DNA from: Octopus sinensis
Lineage: Eukaryota
Assembly (NCBI RefSeq): GCF_006345805.1
Contig: NC_043005.1
Coordinates: 23,808,001-23,872,000, forward strand
Length of the DNA: 64,000 bases
Direction of reading: 5' to 3'
Of this stretch, positions 12,231 to 24,635 are shown piece by piece. The notes below the pieces were generated by a model that was not told where the DNA came from, ran no database searches, and worked only from the letters and a program-made list of their open reading frames with translations. Positions within the stretch are counted from its first letter, which is position 1. Each line of letters starts with the position of its first letter. The position numbers and the translations under genes were made by a program.

Positions 12231-14855
12231 CCTACAACAGGGCAACAAAGCCAGCTTTCGGTCTCTGGTAGATGAATTACTCGAGCCAAGTAAAATGTGT
12301 GAGGCCTTTCAACAGCATTTTGCCCGACTTTCCGGGACGAGTGGCGGGCAAGAACGTAGGGTGGCCTTTAGTGCCTACATACACAGCCTGCCACGACTCT
12401 CGACAAAAGAGGCAGGGCGCTGCGAAGGTGCCATCACGGCGGCGGAAGTGCGGGACGCGATAGTAGAATGTTCGAGGGACAAATCGCCGGGTTTGGATGG
12501 TCTACCCTACGAGCTTTACAGTTGTATGCCAGACTTTGTTGAAGACGTCTAGGCAGCGGTGTACTGCAACTGGTAGCAAAACGGGAGCATCCCTGGTTTT
12601 GTGAGCCGAGGACCCGTAACACTGCTGAAGAAAGATCTAAACAAGGGGGACGTAATAAATAACTTTAATGCAGACTTGAAAATTTTGGCCAAGGTATTAG
12701 CCAAGAGGTTGGCGCTTGTCATCGAAAAACTAGTCAACAAGGCGCAAACGTGCGCCGTGCCGGGCCGGAGCATCCATGACATCCTCCATCTGAGGCGTTA
12801 CATCATAGAGAGGGTAGTTAAGGAACCTGGCATGGGTGGGGCCCTGATCAATTTGGATCAATCGAAAGCGTTCGATAGGGTGGACCATCGATACTTGGAG
12901 GATGTCCTGAGAGTGGCTGGTTTCGGTCCCGTCTTCCGCGGCTGGATAGCTGCTTTGTACATAGGTATCCGTTCGGTAATTCGCGTAAATGGACATCTAT
13001 CGAGACCTTTCGACATTGCACGTCCGGTCCGTCAGGGATGCCCCCTCTCGTCGCTTCTATACGTATTGGCCCTCGAGCCATTATTGCGGAAGCTGGCAAC
13101 TCTGAGGGGCATCCCGCGAGAATTGGGATGCGGGACGAGCGGGTCTGCATATGCGGACGACGTCACCATCATAGTGTCTAGCCACGAGTATATCGAGCTG
13201 GTCGGCGAGACACTGTAAGACTACGAAGCGGTGACAGGAGCGAAAATCAACCGGGAATAGTCAATGGCTTGCGGCTCGGCACCTGGAGAAGCAAGCCCAT
13301 GCCGTCCACCAGTGCCTCCGTCGTGGGACGCTGGACCGACGGTTCGGTCGAGTTTCTCGGGGTCTGGTTTGGTCCGGACCTCCAAATGGAGAAGAACTGG
13401 AATGAGATAACGCGTAGCGTGGTCACTCTCGCCGGGCAATGGGCTGAGAGGAAACTGTCCCTAACTGGTCGGACGGAGGTGGCAAACACGTACATCGCGT
13501 CCATCATTTAATACCACCTGACCGTCGTGCCTTGTCTCGACCCTACCATCACCAAACTAGAACGCATTCGCTTCCGCTTCTTGTGGAAAGGATGCGACCC
13601 GATGGCCAGGCGATTCATTTGCTGTCAACACCCGTTAAAAGAGGGGCTGGGCATGCCGTGGTTGATGATGCGCAGACACGCACTGAGACTGCGACATCTC
13701 AGGCTCTACGTAGACGACGGTGAACAGGTGTGGTCGCCGTTTGTGAGGCACGCTTTCCCGCAACTCGTCTCCATGACCGAACTGCAGTTGTGGATCAAAA
13801 AGAGACCGAGGAAGGGCGAATGGCACCGAGAGTGTCGCGTTGCTCCCAAGCAGCCATGCCGTCCAGGGTCAACCTTGAGCGACTTCAACACAACCAAAGC
13901 ATTCTATAGGGGAATAGTGGAGGGGAGGTATGACGATGAGGAATACTTGACCCGCCTGTTCAGGACGACTTTCGGGCCAGGGCCCATGGACAACTTCCAG
14001 AGATCCCTGGCCTGGCAGTGCTGCCGAGAAGCGCTACCCGTTCGGGATAAGCTCTTCAGACATAGCTCGAGAAACACGGGGCCGACCTGCCCGTGATGCG
14101 GTCAGAGCGACGAAACCGTTCTGCACGCACTCGTGCAGTGTCCAACAATTTCCGACCTGTGGGCTTATGTCGAACGACTGCTGTCACATGTTGGACGAGT
14201 CGGTTTATCAGCCGAGTCTATCGTCAATATTGTCACGCCGCCTTCCTTCAAACGGGAAGGAAGAGCAATTTTCATCATACTTGTGGCTATGGTGAAAGAA
14301 TGTATCTGGTGGACGCGTCTGAAAGGATTGGAGACAAACACTTTCCTCTCTGGTCAATCTCTCATCAACTTCTTCAAGCATCACTTGAAAAGAAAAGTGA
14401 GAGTAGAGAGGCAAGTTTTGTCATGCGAATGTTTCAAAAAAAGATGGGTGAATGTAGCAATGATGGCACGTATGAATGACGAAGCCACCTTGAGTATAAT
14501 CCTATGAACCCAGAAAAATTAAAAACAGAGGGTTACTTACTTGCAAACAAATGTGTTAACATGTGACATTATTGGCCGATGTTACCGTGGTCTTTTCTGT
14601 AGGCTTTTCTTTCCACGGATAAACTTTATCTGCTTCCCCCTTTACAACTTACATCATGACATTTCTGTGATACACGATCCCTATTGATCGATTATTCTTT
14701 TTTCTTTCTTCTTTTTTGTTTGTTTTTGTTTTTTTCCCTTTTACGATCCCTTTTGATCGAAAACCTGCCCCACTTCTTTTTTGTCCACAAAAGAAAAGCT
14801 CTACTTTGTAATCTGCCCCGTCTGTGTGCAGCCCTATGCAGCTAATAAAGAAACA
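12231..14855 (+). mobile_element. 5'-truncated L1/Tx1-clade LINE (ORF2 pseudogene: RT + CCHC)
   Basis: KSPGLDGLPYE, DLKILAKVLAKRL, LDQSKAFDRVDH, VRQGCPLS, YADD, GLGMP and C-P-*-CGQSDETVLHALVQC, with several stops and frameshifts. The 3' UTR ends AATAAAGAAAC followed by (TATC)n. Confidence 0.93.
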
Positions 14856-15030
14856 TATCTATCTATCTATAAATATATACACATGCATGCATATTATATA
14901 TATATGTATATGTATATATATATATGTACACACACACACACACATATATATACATATACATATATACAAACATACACGTATATGTATGCTGTCTGTATAT
15001 ACGTCTCTCTCTCTCTGTCTCCCTATATAT

Positions 15031-15112
15031 ATATAAAACAACATTGATAAAAAAAATTGTACCTACTTTTCTGACGAAAACAATGCCGTTCTGAACATTT
15101 TGGCCGCAACTG
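15031..15112 (-). repeat. Exact inverted copy of the first 82 bp of the adjacent Tc1 left TIR
   Basis: Reverse complement equals 15164-15245; the two are separated only by (TA)n. Confidence 0.9.
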
Positions 15113-15120
15113 TATATATA

Positions 15121-15163
<43 letters not shown>

Positions 15164-15166
<3 letters not shown>

Positions 15167-16697
15167 TTGCGGCCAAAATGTTCAGAACGGCATTGTTTTC
15201 GTCAGAAAAGTAGGTACAATTTTTTTTATCAATGTTGTTTTATATTCTATAATTTTCACAGACAATAAATACGATATTATTTGTTATTGTCTGAGATTCT
15301 GGTGTAATTTGAGAGGATAATACAAAAGTTATGGATGATCTAGTGATTTACTGCAAAACCCATGCCGGCCAAAATGATCAGAGCGGTTGAAAAAATAACA
15401 AAATAATCAAAAATGACAGAGAATACTGGAATTATTTAATATTTAGCGTAAAGCCCTTTAGCTTCAATCACACTTTGACATCTTCGACTGCATGAGGAAA
15501 CTAAATTTTCAATTTCTTGCTGGGTGATCTTATTCAATTTTCTTCCTGATGGGCATTCCATAATTGCTCGGTTGTTTTAGGATTTCTGGCTTTCGAACGT
15601 TCTCCTAGAATATACCACACATTTTCAATAGGATTGAGATCTGGGCTTTGAGCAGGCCAATCCATAACAATAACCTTTTCAGTCTTGAGGAAGTTCATGA
15701 CCACTTTAGCCTTGTGACATGGGGCATTCTCCTGCATGAATATGGGTGGTCGCTTAGTTGAATTTCTCAGCACAGGCAAGACATGATCTTTTACAAGTTG
15801 TTTATAAACTCCTGCATTTTACTTTCCATGTAATCGCACCAAAGGGCCCACACCATCTCCAAATATCATCCCCCAAACCATGACACTTCCTCCACCGAAT
15901 TTAACACTAGTCTTAAGGCATTTAGTCGACAATTTTTCACCTACTTTTCGACGAACGTACCTTTTCCTATCTGAGCCAAATAACATAAACTTAGATTCAT
16001 CACTGAAATGCACCGTTTGCCATTTTTCTTGAGACCACAACACATGTTCGGTTGCAAAGGTAAGACAACACTTTTTGTTCTTGGAGCTGATTAGTGGCTT
16101 CACTGCAGGTGCTCTTGCTTGTAGGTCATGTTCAACTAAACGACGAGACACAGTTTTTGGGGATAAAGTTTTCTTCAGTACAATGCTCATTTCCCGAGAA
16201 ACAGCAGCAGCAGTTTTAAATCTGTACTTTTTAACCAACTTTGTCATAGCACGATCTTTTCTCTTGGTCGTTTTTCTTGGCCTACCTGTAGACTTTCTTG
16301 CTTCACACGAACCACAATCATCGTAGACCTTAAGAATACCATGAACAACACTTTTTGACTTGTTAACAATCTTTGCAATAGACCCAATACATAAATTATC
16401 CTTCTTTCGAAGCTTAATAATCTGCTGACGAATTGGTAACGGAGTAAGTGGCATTATATAAACAAAGTACACTGCAGATATTCTTACTAATGTTTAGTAA
16501 ACGAACCGTCAAGTAAATCACTAAACCATCCATGGCCTTTGTATTATCCTCTCAAATTACACCAAAATCTCAGACAATAACAAATAATATTGTATTTATT
16601 GTCTGTGAAAATTATAGAATATAAAACAAATTTGATAAAGAATTGTACCTACTTTTCTGACGAAAACAATGCCGTTCTGAACATTTTGGCCGCAACT
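15164..16697 (-). mobile_element. Tc1-family DNA transposon with long (about 190 bp) TIRs
   Basis: TIR CAGTTGCGGCCAAAATGTTCAGAACGGCATTG... at both ends, inserted in TA/(TA)n. Confidence 0.95.
15534..16454 (-). pseudogene. Tc1 (DD34E) transposase pseudogene
   Basis: GRPRKTT, WQTVHFSDESKF, KFGGGSVMVWG and WPAQSPDLNPIENVW. Frameshift near 15820; second catalytic D appears as E (QENAPCH); C-terminus ends prematurely. Confidence 0.92.
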
Positions 16698-16869
16698 TAT
16701 ATATATATATATGTATACATATTATTTAATTATAGGGCACAATACATGTATTTAAGCGCTACTAATAGTTTCATGTTATATATATCGTACATATACTTAC
16801 ACATGCATATGTATATGTCTGTATATATGTATGTATGTATATATATACATATAATATATATATATATAT

Positions 16870-16942
<73 letters not shown>

Positions 16943-16946
<4 letters not shown>

Positions 16947-17299
16947 TAATCCAAACAAGAAAGCACAAAAAAGCACAACAACGCGAGGACGTGGAACAAA
17001 TATAGTATTATTATACTATAGTATTATTATACTCTCTCTCCCTATATGTATATGTATATATTTTTCCTCCTTTTTTACCACTTCCGTCTTTTTAGTATGT
17101 GACCTCGTGAAGACTACCTGCAATTTTTTTTCCTCTGTCCCCCCGTCTCGGGATCTTTCTTTCTCCTATGTTTCCGACGAAGAGCTCCGCTCGAAACGCC
17201 ATACCCTCCTTCTTCCATTTTCCTGAGCGTCTAATAATAATAATACTGTAATTGTTCCACGTGTTGTTGTTTTTTCTGTTTTCCCGTTTGGATTAACCT

Positions 17300-17300
<1 letters not shown>
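16943..17300. repeat. Two opposed copies of the hammerhead-bearing (TA)n-anchored repeat
   Basis: 16943-17010 has the same orientation as 7961 and 17130-17300 is reversed. The motif CCGACGA A GAGC UCC GCUC GAAAC at 17174-17197 (+) has a variant core. Confidence 0.7.
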
Positions 17301-17398
<98 letters not shown>

Positions 17399-17405
17399 AT
17401 ATATA

Positions 17406-17486
<81 letters not shown>

Positions 17487-17554
17487 GTATATATATGTAT
17501 ATGTATGTATACATACATATATATGTATATGTATATATACATATATATAAATAT

Positions 17555-17623
<69 letters not shown>

Positions 17624-17914
17624 GTAAAAATATATATATATATACCTAAAAAGAAGGAATCAATATGTTTGTTTATTAAAGAGTTTAAAATAATTGTTGA
17701 AATGTTGGTAAATCAATAAATGTTGATAAATTTTGAACGGTAGATGGCAGTATTGATCATTGATTTTCTTACTTTTCTGCAACTGTCATTTGAATTGAAT
17801 CAACTAATTTCCTTCTTAATATTCTCGGTTAATTTACTTCAGCTCATTCTGTCACCCATCTCACTGAACCAACCAAGGATCTGCTCTGCCACTTATTCAA
17901 GAAGTCAATTCTCA

Positions 17915-18070
17915 CATTCACTCACCCCTCATTCATTCATTCATTCATTCATTCATTCATTCATTCATTCATTCATTCATTCTCTCACTCACGCACTCAC
18001 TCATTCACTCCCTTCCCCCTCCTTAATCTTCTCCCTTTTTCACTCACTCACTCACTCACTCACTCACACA
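17915..18070. repeat. (TCAT)n/(TCAC)n tract
   Basis: Direct inspection. Confidence 0.9.
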
Positions 18071-19837
18071 TTTTCTCCCTTCCTCCCTCACTACTTCCCT
18101 CATCACTCATTTTTTAATCTTCTCACCTTCACTCTTCTTCTCCTACCTCCACTCAAACGCTCTCACTAGGAATTTCCTTATCTTTAAATGATTTCGTGTC
18201 AACCTCCTGCCGTTATTCAACATGGCTTCATTTCGTTTCGTCTCTGTCTTAAAAATCATTTTCCGAGATAAAACTCATTGAAATCAGTGTTATCCTACAC
18301 CATCTTCTCTGGTTCGAGGTTAAATACTTCACCTTCCTTTCATGTCAAACACCACCGAGCAACATCTTCGAAGACACACATTAAAGAATCAAACCAGGAA
18401 CGTTAATTACATTTCGGTAAAACAAATACAGTCATATACAAAAATCAAACAAAACAAAACAAAAAAAATCTCCTAACAAACTTTGTCTTGGCTTTCATGT
18501 GGTGAAGCAAAAATTGAAAGCCAAAAGATCATTACTTAGAAAATAACAGCGAACGATGTCTAACACGGTTTCTATAGTGACCAATACGAGAGGCTTAGCA
18601 CGACAATACTATAAACGGTAATTCATTAACTGTCCTCTTTAAATAGAAAAACACTTCTCCACTCCTCTGTAGATATATCTAATGTTACATTGGCCATCTT
18701 TGTGGTCTTCCCCCTGCCACTTAGTCAAATATAGTTATCTTTACTCTCACAACCATTATCTATAGCCCTAACTACCGTCAAATGTCATATCAGACTACCT
18801 TTATCGTCATTAATCACTGGTAACTAATCCTACTGTCACAGCAACCGTGTGTATCTATCCTTACTGTTAAATTAATCACTTGCAGCCTTTTTCTACTGTC
18901 ACATTTTATTCCACTAGAGGTGTCTTTGCTATCACTGAAATCATCTGTAACTCTCTCTACGGTCACATAAGTTAACTCCCTGCTGCATCGTTACAGATTG
19001 CTACAGTTTTAATTTCTCAGACTTTCTGGATGATTTTTGTAAGGGATTTGCGAGGGGATCAGGAGAAACGTATGGAGTTCAGTCGGAAGGTAGTCTTCAG
19101 CTTTATGATTTCAGGTGTAATAACATTCAAATATAGAAGCACTCAGGCATACACACGCAGGCTGGTTAAGATGTTATTGATTTGGACAAGCTGATATACG
19201 TGTACATACGCTCATAGACATTCGAGCAATTGCGCAAATATCTAAACATTTACATAAATCTATTTAAATTTTAAAATAAAAGAGAATTCTCCATCATGGC
19301 TCTTGCCATTATGACTGAAATTGACTAAAGTAAAATACCACAGTCACACACATGTGTACACACACGCACATATACAAACATTCATAACGCTGTTCTAGTG
19401 TGGTAAAGCTAGGCTCCTATACACGCGCACAGGAAACACATATGAATACGATCTCACATGCTGTCATACATTACGAGCACTATTCACCTGCACTGACTCT
19501 CAAATATGCATACATAAAGCACATAAAACCCTCAAGTGATATAGCCCTCAATTCCAAATAAACTTTCACACACACACGCACACACACATACACATACACA
19601 TAGATACATACATACGCACACATGCTACATACATACACACACATATTACACACACATACTACACAAACATGCACACACACATACATACACACATACATGC
19701 TACACACACACAGACACACACACACATTCATACACTTGCAGGCCTATAAACTGTATACTCATGTACTAACCCATTTCGTTTTTACAAGGGGGCGAAAAAC
19801 ACACATGCCCTCAAATATATCATTATAAAGACAAATG

Positions 19838-20054
19838 CGAGAGGGGTGTTGAAAAGTTCCTGGCTTTAAGGGTATCGCGAAAGGTCTAGTTGGGGTCCCA
19901 ACCTTCCTAGTTCTTTTACAGGGCTTAGAAAAACTGAAGGACCGTTGCAATAATTTGTGAATCTGAGAGGGAAATATGTTGAATAAAATCATAATTAACT
20001 GCTCCTCCTGTATTTTCTTTTACCCGAAGCCCAAAACTTTTTAGCACTCCCTCG
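19838..20054 (+). mobile_element. Mariner-derived MITE
   Basis: TIRs CGAGAGGGGTGTTGAAAAGTTCCTGGCTT and AAGCCCAAAACTTTTTAGCACTCCCTCG with TG/TA flanks. The interior encodes a transposase tail (GLEKLKDRCN...LRGKYVE*). Confidence 0.8.
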
Positions 20055-20125
20055 TACATACAAATGCATTCAGAAACGCCCGTACGCTAATAGGCTCGCC
20101 CCCTCTTACTGCCCCCTCTTTCTCT

Positions 20126-20166
<41 letters not shown>

Positions 20167-20957
20167 GTACACTCGTTTTGCTAATTGCTTCTACTAGTTT
20201 TAGAATAATCTTGAAAGTAGGCAATTGGAAAATTGATAGAAGTGATAGTTTTGATGGATCTAGTGGAATTGGTAAACGGGAAAAATGATAGGACTGAGAG
20301 AACCAGGGATATTGGTGGAATTGGTAGAGCACGTGGAAATGGTATAACTAGAGCCCTGGTAGAATTCGTGAAACTGGTAGAAATAGGGAAATGGAGATTG
20401 AGTGAAGTTGTAGCACTGGTGGATGTGCAGTGGTAGCACGACTAGAAGTGGTAGAGTTGTGTACGAATGCATGGAAACTGTGGGATTTGTGAACTGGAAG
20501 AAAGAGTATATTCTTCATAATTAATTTATAATTTAGATTAATTGTTTGGAAAGCGACAGAGAGTGTCCCATAAAAACAAAACTGTTGTCATGGTAACGGA
20601 ATTAAAGTACTCAGCGTGAAGCCGTTCGGCACAAATTGACCTTGAACTCTGTCGCGCATGCACACTAGGCTATAGCGTTCTTGCTCACTTCTGTTGTTTA
20701 TAACAGTGCTTGGAAGTAAAGTGTGTAGAGTGTGATCGTCTCACCTGGCAAATTGAGCAGAGAATTTGCATCAAATTTTGCCAAAAGCTTGGTGACATCT
20801 GCACAGAGAACTACGCAAAGTTGTACAAATGAATCAAACATCTCAAAGACAGTCAACAAAATGTCAACAGTGACACACATTCTCGGAGACTCGCAACCAG
20901 CAGAACTGATGAAATACCACAGGTGTGTGTACAGCTGTCCGGAAATTAGTAGATATA

Positions 20958-21187
20958 TATTTCTTTACTACCCACAAGGGGCTAAACACAGAGGGGACAA
21001 ACACGGACAGACAAAGGGATTAAGTCGCTTACATCGACCCCAGTGCGTAACTGGTACTTAATTTATCGACCCCGAAAGGATGAAAGTGAGTCACCTCGGC
21101 GGAATTTGAACTCGGAACGTAACGACAGACGAAATACGGCCACGCATTTCGCCCGGTGTGTTAACGTTTCTGCCAGCTCGCCGCCCT
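20958..21187 (-). mobile_element. Full-length Meta-like tRNA SINE with 13-bp TSD
   Basis: Head GGCGGCGAGCTGGCAGAAACG on the minus strand. TSD ATTAGTAGATATA at 20945-20957 and 21188-21200. Confidence 0.9.
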
Positions 21188-21188
21188 A

Positions 21189-21348
21189 TTAGTAGATATA
21201 GGTTGATTAGAGATGTTGGGTGGGGGTGGGGGTGGGGGTCAGGGAATGCCTGTAATAATTAAGAAGGTTATGTATATAATAGAGTGGTGAATAGTTGTTT
21301 TATTTAATGTGAATATGATTGTTATTGTTTTTATTATTTTTATGATTT
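21189..21348 (+). pseudogene. nad5: NUMT fragment of NADH dehydrogenase subunit 5 C-terminus
   Basis: Invertebrate mitochondrial code gives LVDMGWLEMLGGGGGGGQGM...FIIFMI, with two in-frame TGA(Trp) codons and an incomplete T stop abutting the tRNA. Confidence 0.82.
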
Positions 21349-21416
21349 ACTTAAATAGCTTAGATAGTAGAGCGTGACGTTGAAGGTATTAAGGTGATAA
21401 TATGTATCTTTAAGTG
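21349..21416 (+). tRNA. trnF: Mitochondrial tRNA-Phe (GAA) pseudogene within the NUMT
   Basis: Acceptor ACTTAAA/TTTAAGT, D stem GCTT/GAGC, anticodon loop TTGAAGG (GAA at 21382-21384), T stem GATA/TATC. The anticodon stem has one mismatch. Confidence 0.88.
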
Positions 21417-21444
21417 AGTGTATATACGAGTTAAATTTTATCAA

Positions 21445-21643
21445 TTAATGAGTATCAGAATATAAAGTAATTAACAAAGAGAAAATGTAACCTTGAATAA
21501 TGGCAATACCAATTTCGAAAATGAAATAACCAATTTGAATTAGTAAAGCAATTGATGTTGTAATAATGGAGGTGTTGATTAATGAGTGATAGACAATCAC
21601 CAATTAAAGTTAAAATAATATGTCCAGCTCTAATATTAGCTGC
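21445..21643 (-). pseudogene. atp6: NUMT fragment of ATP synthase subunit a C-terminus
   Basis: AANISAGHIILTLIGD...[frameshift]...TSIITTSIALLIQIGYFIFEIGIAIIQGYIFSLLITLYSDTH* (AGA read as Ser). Confidence 0.93.
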
Positions 21644-22912
21644 AACTGAATGTGTGAGTTGTCAGAGGATGTGAACATTAGTTACAGTTCAGTTCAGTCT
21701 AGTCTCACTTAAGATTAGGTTACAAGACAGGTGTTTGCCAAGTGTGTTCAAAAACAGCTTTCAGCTGCAGCAATTTTTGACCAAGCAACCCCGCCCCACA
21801 GATTTCCAATCACCATATTCTCCAGACCTTGTTCCTTGCAACTTTTTTCTCCTTCTAGAAATCAAATCCCACTTGAAAGGAACAAGATTTAAAGGTATCA
21901 AGGTAATTCAAGAAAATTTAATGAGGCAGATGATAGCTATCCCTAAAAAGAACTTCCAGGAATGCTTCCATCGACGGAAATGACGTCGGTTAAAGTGTAT
22001 GGCTTTAGAATGGGATTACCTCGAAGGAGATTAAATGCTGAATTGATATATGCTGTGGTTTTCATTTTATAGCACCAGTCCCGATATCTGTTCTTCACAC
22101 CTCGTACGCGCGCGTGAATGTGTGGAAGGGAGAAAGATAGCTAGAGAGTAAGAAAGAAAGAGACAGAGATGAGAGATAGATAGATCGATAGAGAGGAGTT
22201 AAATACTGGAAGTGAGACTGATGGTTAAGAGAAAGAGAGAAGTGATAAAGAGAAGGAGGGAACGATGTTAGACAGCAAAATACGAGAGAAAAAGCAATAC
22301 ATACATAATACATACATATATATATATATTTATATCTATTTACACACACAAACATATATATACATATACATACTTACAAACGTACGTACGTATGTACATA
22401 CATGCATACATACGTACATGCATGTTTATATATTCCCACATACCTGTACAAAACGATGGATTTTCTTGATTCAATTTATAAGTGTTCAATAAATTCGTAT
22501 ACAAATTTGGACTTACAGCGTAAATAGTGAAAATAAGAAATCGAAAAGTATATAAAAAAATATTTAGAAATATAGTAACATAAATATACAAGATAAAAAT
22601 ATTGTATACTCAGAGTTCGCTAGATAGATACATAGTGATACATACATACATACATACATACATACATACATACATACATACATACACACACACACATATA
22701 TATATGAAGAGTGAGAGAGAGAGGGAAAGAAAGAGAGGGAGAGAGGGAGAGAGAAAGTATGAAGAAGCCATGTTATTTCAGTTTTGCTGAGTCAACAAGT
22801 CGATCATTTAAAGAAAACAAATTGTGAATGTCGATCTTCAAACATTGGCAGATGATAAATGTTGATAAAAATCATCCAGTATTCTCCATTTTGTTATTAT
22901 TATTGTTGCAAC

Positions 22913-24510
22913 TTCTTTATTCCTAGTGCTCCTACGATCACTGGTATTGTAACCGCCTTGAGATGCCACATTTTCTCAATTTCAATGAGTAGGTCTTTAT
23001 ATTTTCTGAGCTTGTCAAACTCTTTCGCTGAGATATTATGATCACAGGGGATGCTCATGTCGATCAATAAGCAAACTTTATTGTTTTGGTCTTTCACAAC
23101 AATATCTGGTTTATTGGCCTTGATGGTTCGGTCTGTATGTACTGGAAAGTCTCACAGAATGGTTACATTTTCTCCTTCAGTTACAGCCTCAGGGTGGTGA
23201 TTATACCACTTGTCGGCAGTTTTGATATTGTAATGCCGACTTATTAGCCAGTGGAGATATTGGCCAACTCTGTCATGTCTTAATTTATACTCCACTGGTG
23301 CTAAGACTTTACATCCAAGATTAGGTGGTCCACTGTTTCAATCATGTCGTTGCAGAATCGGCATTTTGGGTCTGCTCCATTTTTCATCACATTGGCCTGT
23401 AGTTCCGGGTTAATAGGCTTTGATCTTGAGCAGCCATGATGAAACCTTCGCTCTCTGCTTTTAGCCCTGAGCTCCGCAGCCACTGATGGGTTTGCTTCTG
23501 GTCAACATCAGCTTGTTTGCTGCGGGTCACATATTTGCCGTGCAGAGGTTTCTCCTCCCACCTATCAGCCAATTGCTCGTGCGCTTTTTTCATTGCCATC
23601 ATTTTCACCTTCTTTGCAACAATAGTTGCCGTACTTCCCTCGGGTTGTTCAGTTTGGGTATCCTGCACGAGATCAATAGCAAATGTTTTGCTTTCCTTTA
23701 TGATAGAATGAAGCTTCTTTCGTCTCTCGTGATTTTCACGAGCTTTAGCATCCAGTCATTCGATATTTCGAGATATTTGGCCAGTCCAATTGTGGTTGTT
23801 TTGTAAGCTAGTTCAAATTGGATCAGGCCTCGACCTCCTTGGGCTCTGGGAAGGTAAAGGCGATCTACGTCTGCCTTTGGGTGGTGCATCCTATTACAAC
23901 TCAGCAGCTTGCGTATTTTTCTATCTATATTCTTTACTTCACTCATATTCCAGTTCAACACATTGTAGCTATAAGTAACAACTGGAACTGTTAGGGAATT
24001 TATAGCTAACACCTTGTTACGTGCATTTAGTTCAGATTTCAGGAACTGCACGAACTCTCCTATAACATTCCTTGTTGATTTTCTCTTTCATGCTTGCATG
24101 CTGAATACCAGAGCCTTCATTTATCCCTAAATATTTGTATGTTTGTTCTTGCTCAAGCTCTCTTATGACTGTGTCAACATCTAACACGACTGAATTTGTG
24201 GTCTTCACTTTCCCTTTCTGGAAAGTGGCCTTGGCACACTTCTCAAGTCCAAACTCCATCCCGATGTCATCGCTGAATGATTTCACGGTGCACAATAGGC
24301 CTTCAAGTTCATTATTGTCTTTACCAAAGTTTTAAGTCATCCATATAAAATAGAGGCTTTTTTTTATTGGCAATTTTATACCCATACCCTGTTCTGTTTA
24401 ATTCACTTGTAAGGGGTATTAGGGCTATGCAGAATATTAAAGGTGAAAGTGAGTCACCTTGAAAATTCCACAGTTGATGTTTATATTTTCTGAGGCAAGT
24501 ACTCCATTTA
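22913..24510 (-). mobile_element. R4/Dong-like non-LTR retrotransposon, family E (5'- and 3'-truncated pseudogene)
   Basis: CGIFQGDSLSPL, LFYMDDLK, FGLEKC, YKYLG, DRLYLPRAQGGRGL, AAQDQSL, CRFC, KPDI...LIDMSIP...KLRKYKDL...IVGALG. (TAA)n-type flanks. Confidence 0.9.
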
Positions 24511-24542
24511 TTATTATTATTATTATTATCGTTATTATTATT

Positions 24543-24592
<50 letters not shown>

Positions 24593-24635
24593 ATTATTAT
24601 TTTATTATTATTATATTATTTTATCATCATTTATT

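Larger units (their letters stand above)
20943..21643. other. Nuclear mitochondrial insertion (NUMT): nad5 3' end - trnF - atp6 3' end, about 460 bp net of a nested SINE
   Basis: Three adjacent mitochondrial genes in the expected strand arrangement; see component features. Confidence 0.92.
20553..22104 (+). mobile_element. Mariner (DD34D) remnant, internally deleted, interrupted by a NUMT
   Basis: EQRICIKFCQKLG...TSRTDE...AVRK | ...ELSEDVNISYSSVQ...YSPDLVPCNFFL...KSHLKGTRF. Right end CACCTCG|TA; left end approximate. Confidence 0.8.

Noticed and set aside
21349-21416. Functional nuclear tRNA-Phe gene
   Set aside because: Mitochondrial-type short arms, no Pol III B box, an anticodon-stem mismatch, and embedded in a NUMT.
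21644-21690. Apparent continuation of atp6 (RPLT-like) beyond 21643
   Set aside because: The plus strand reads far better as mariner ELSEDVNISYSSVQ, so the NUMT boundary was set at about 21643.
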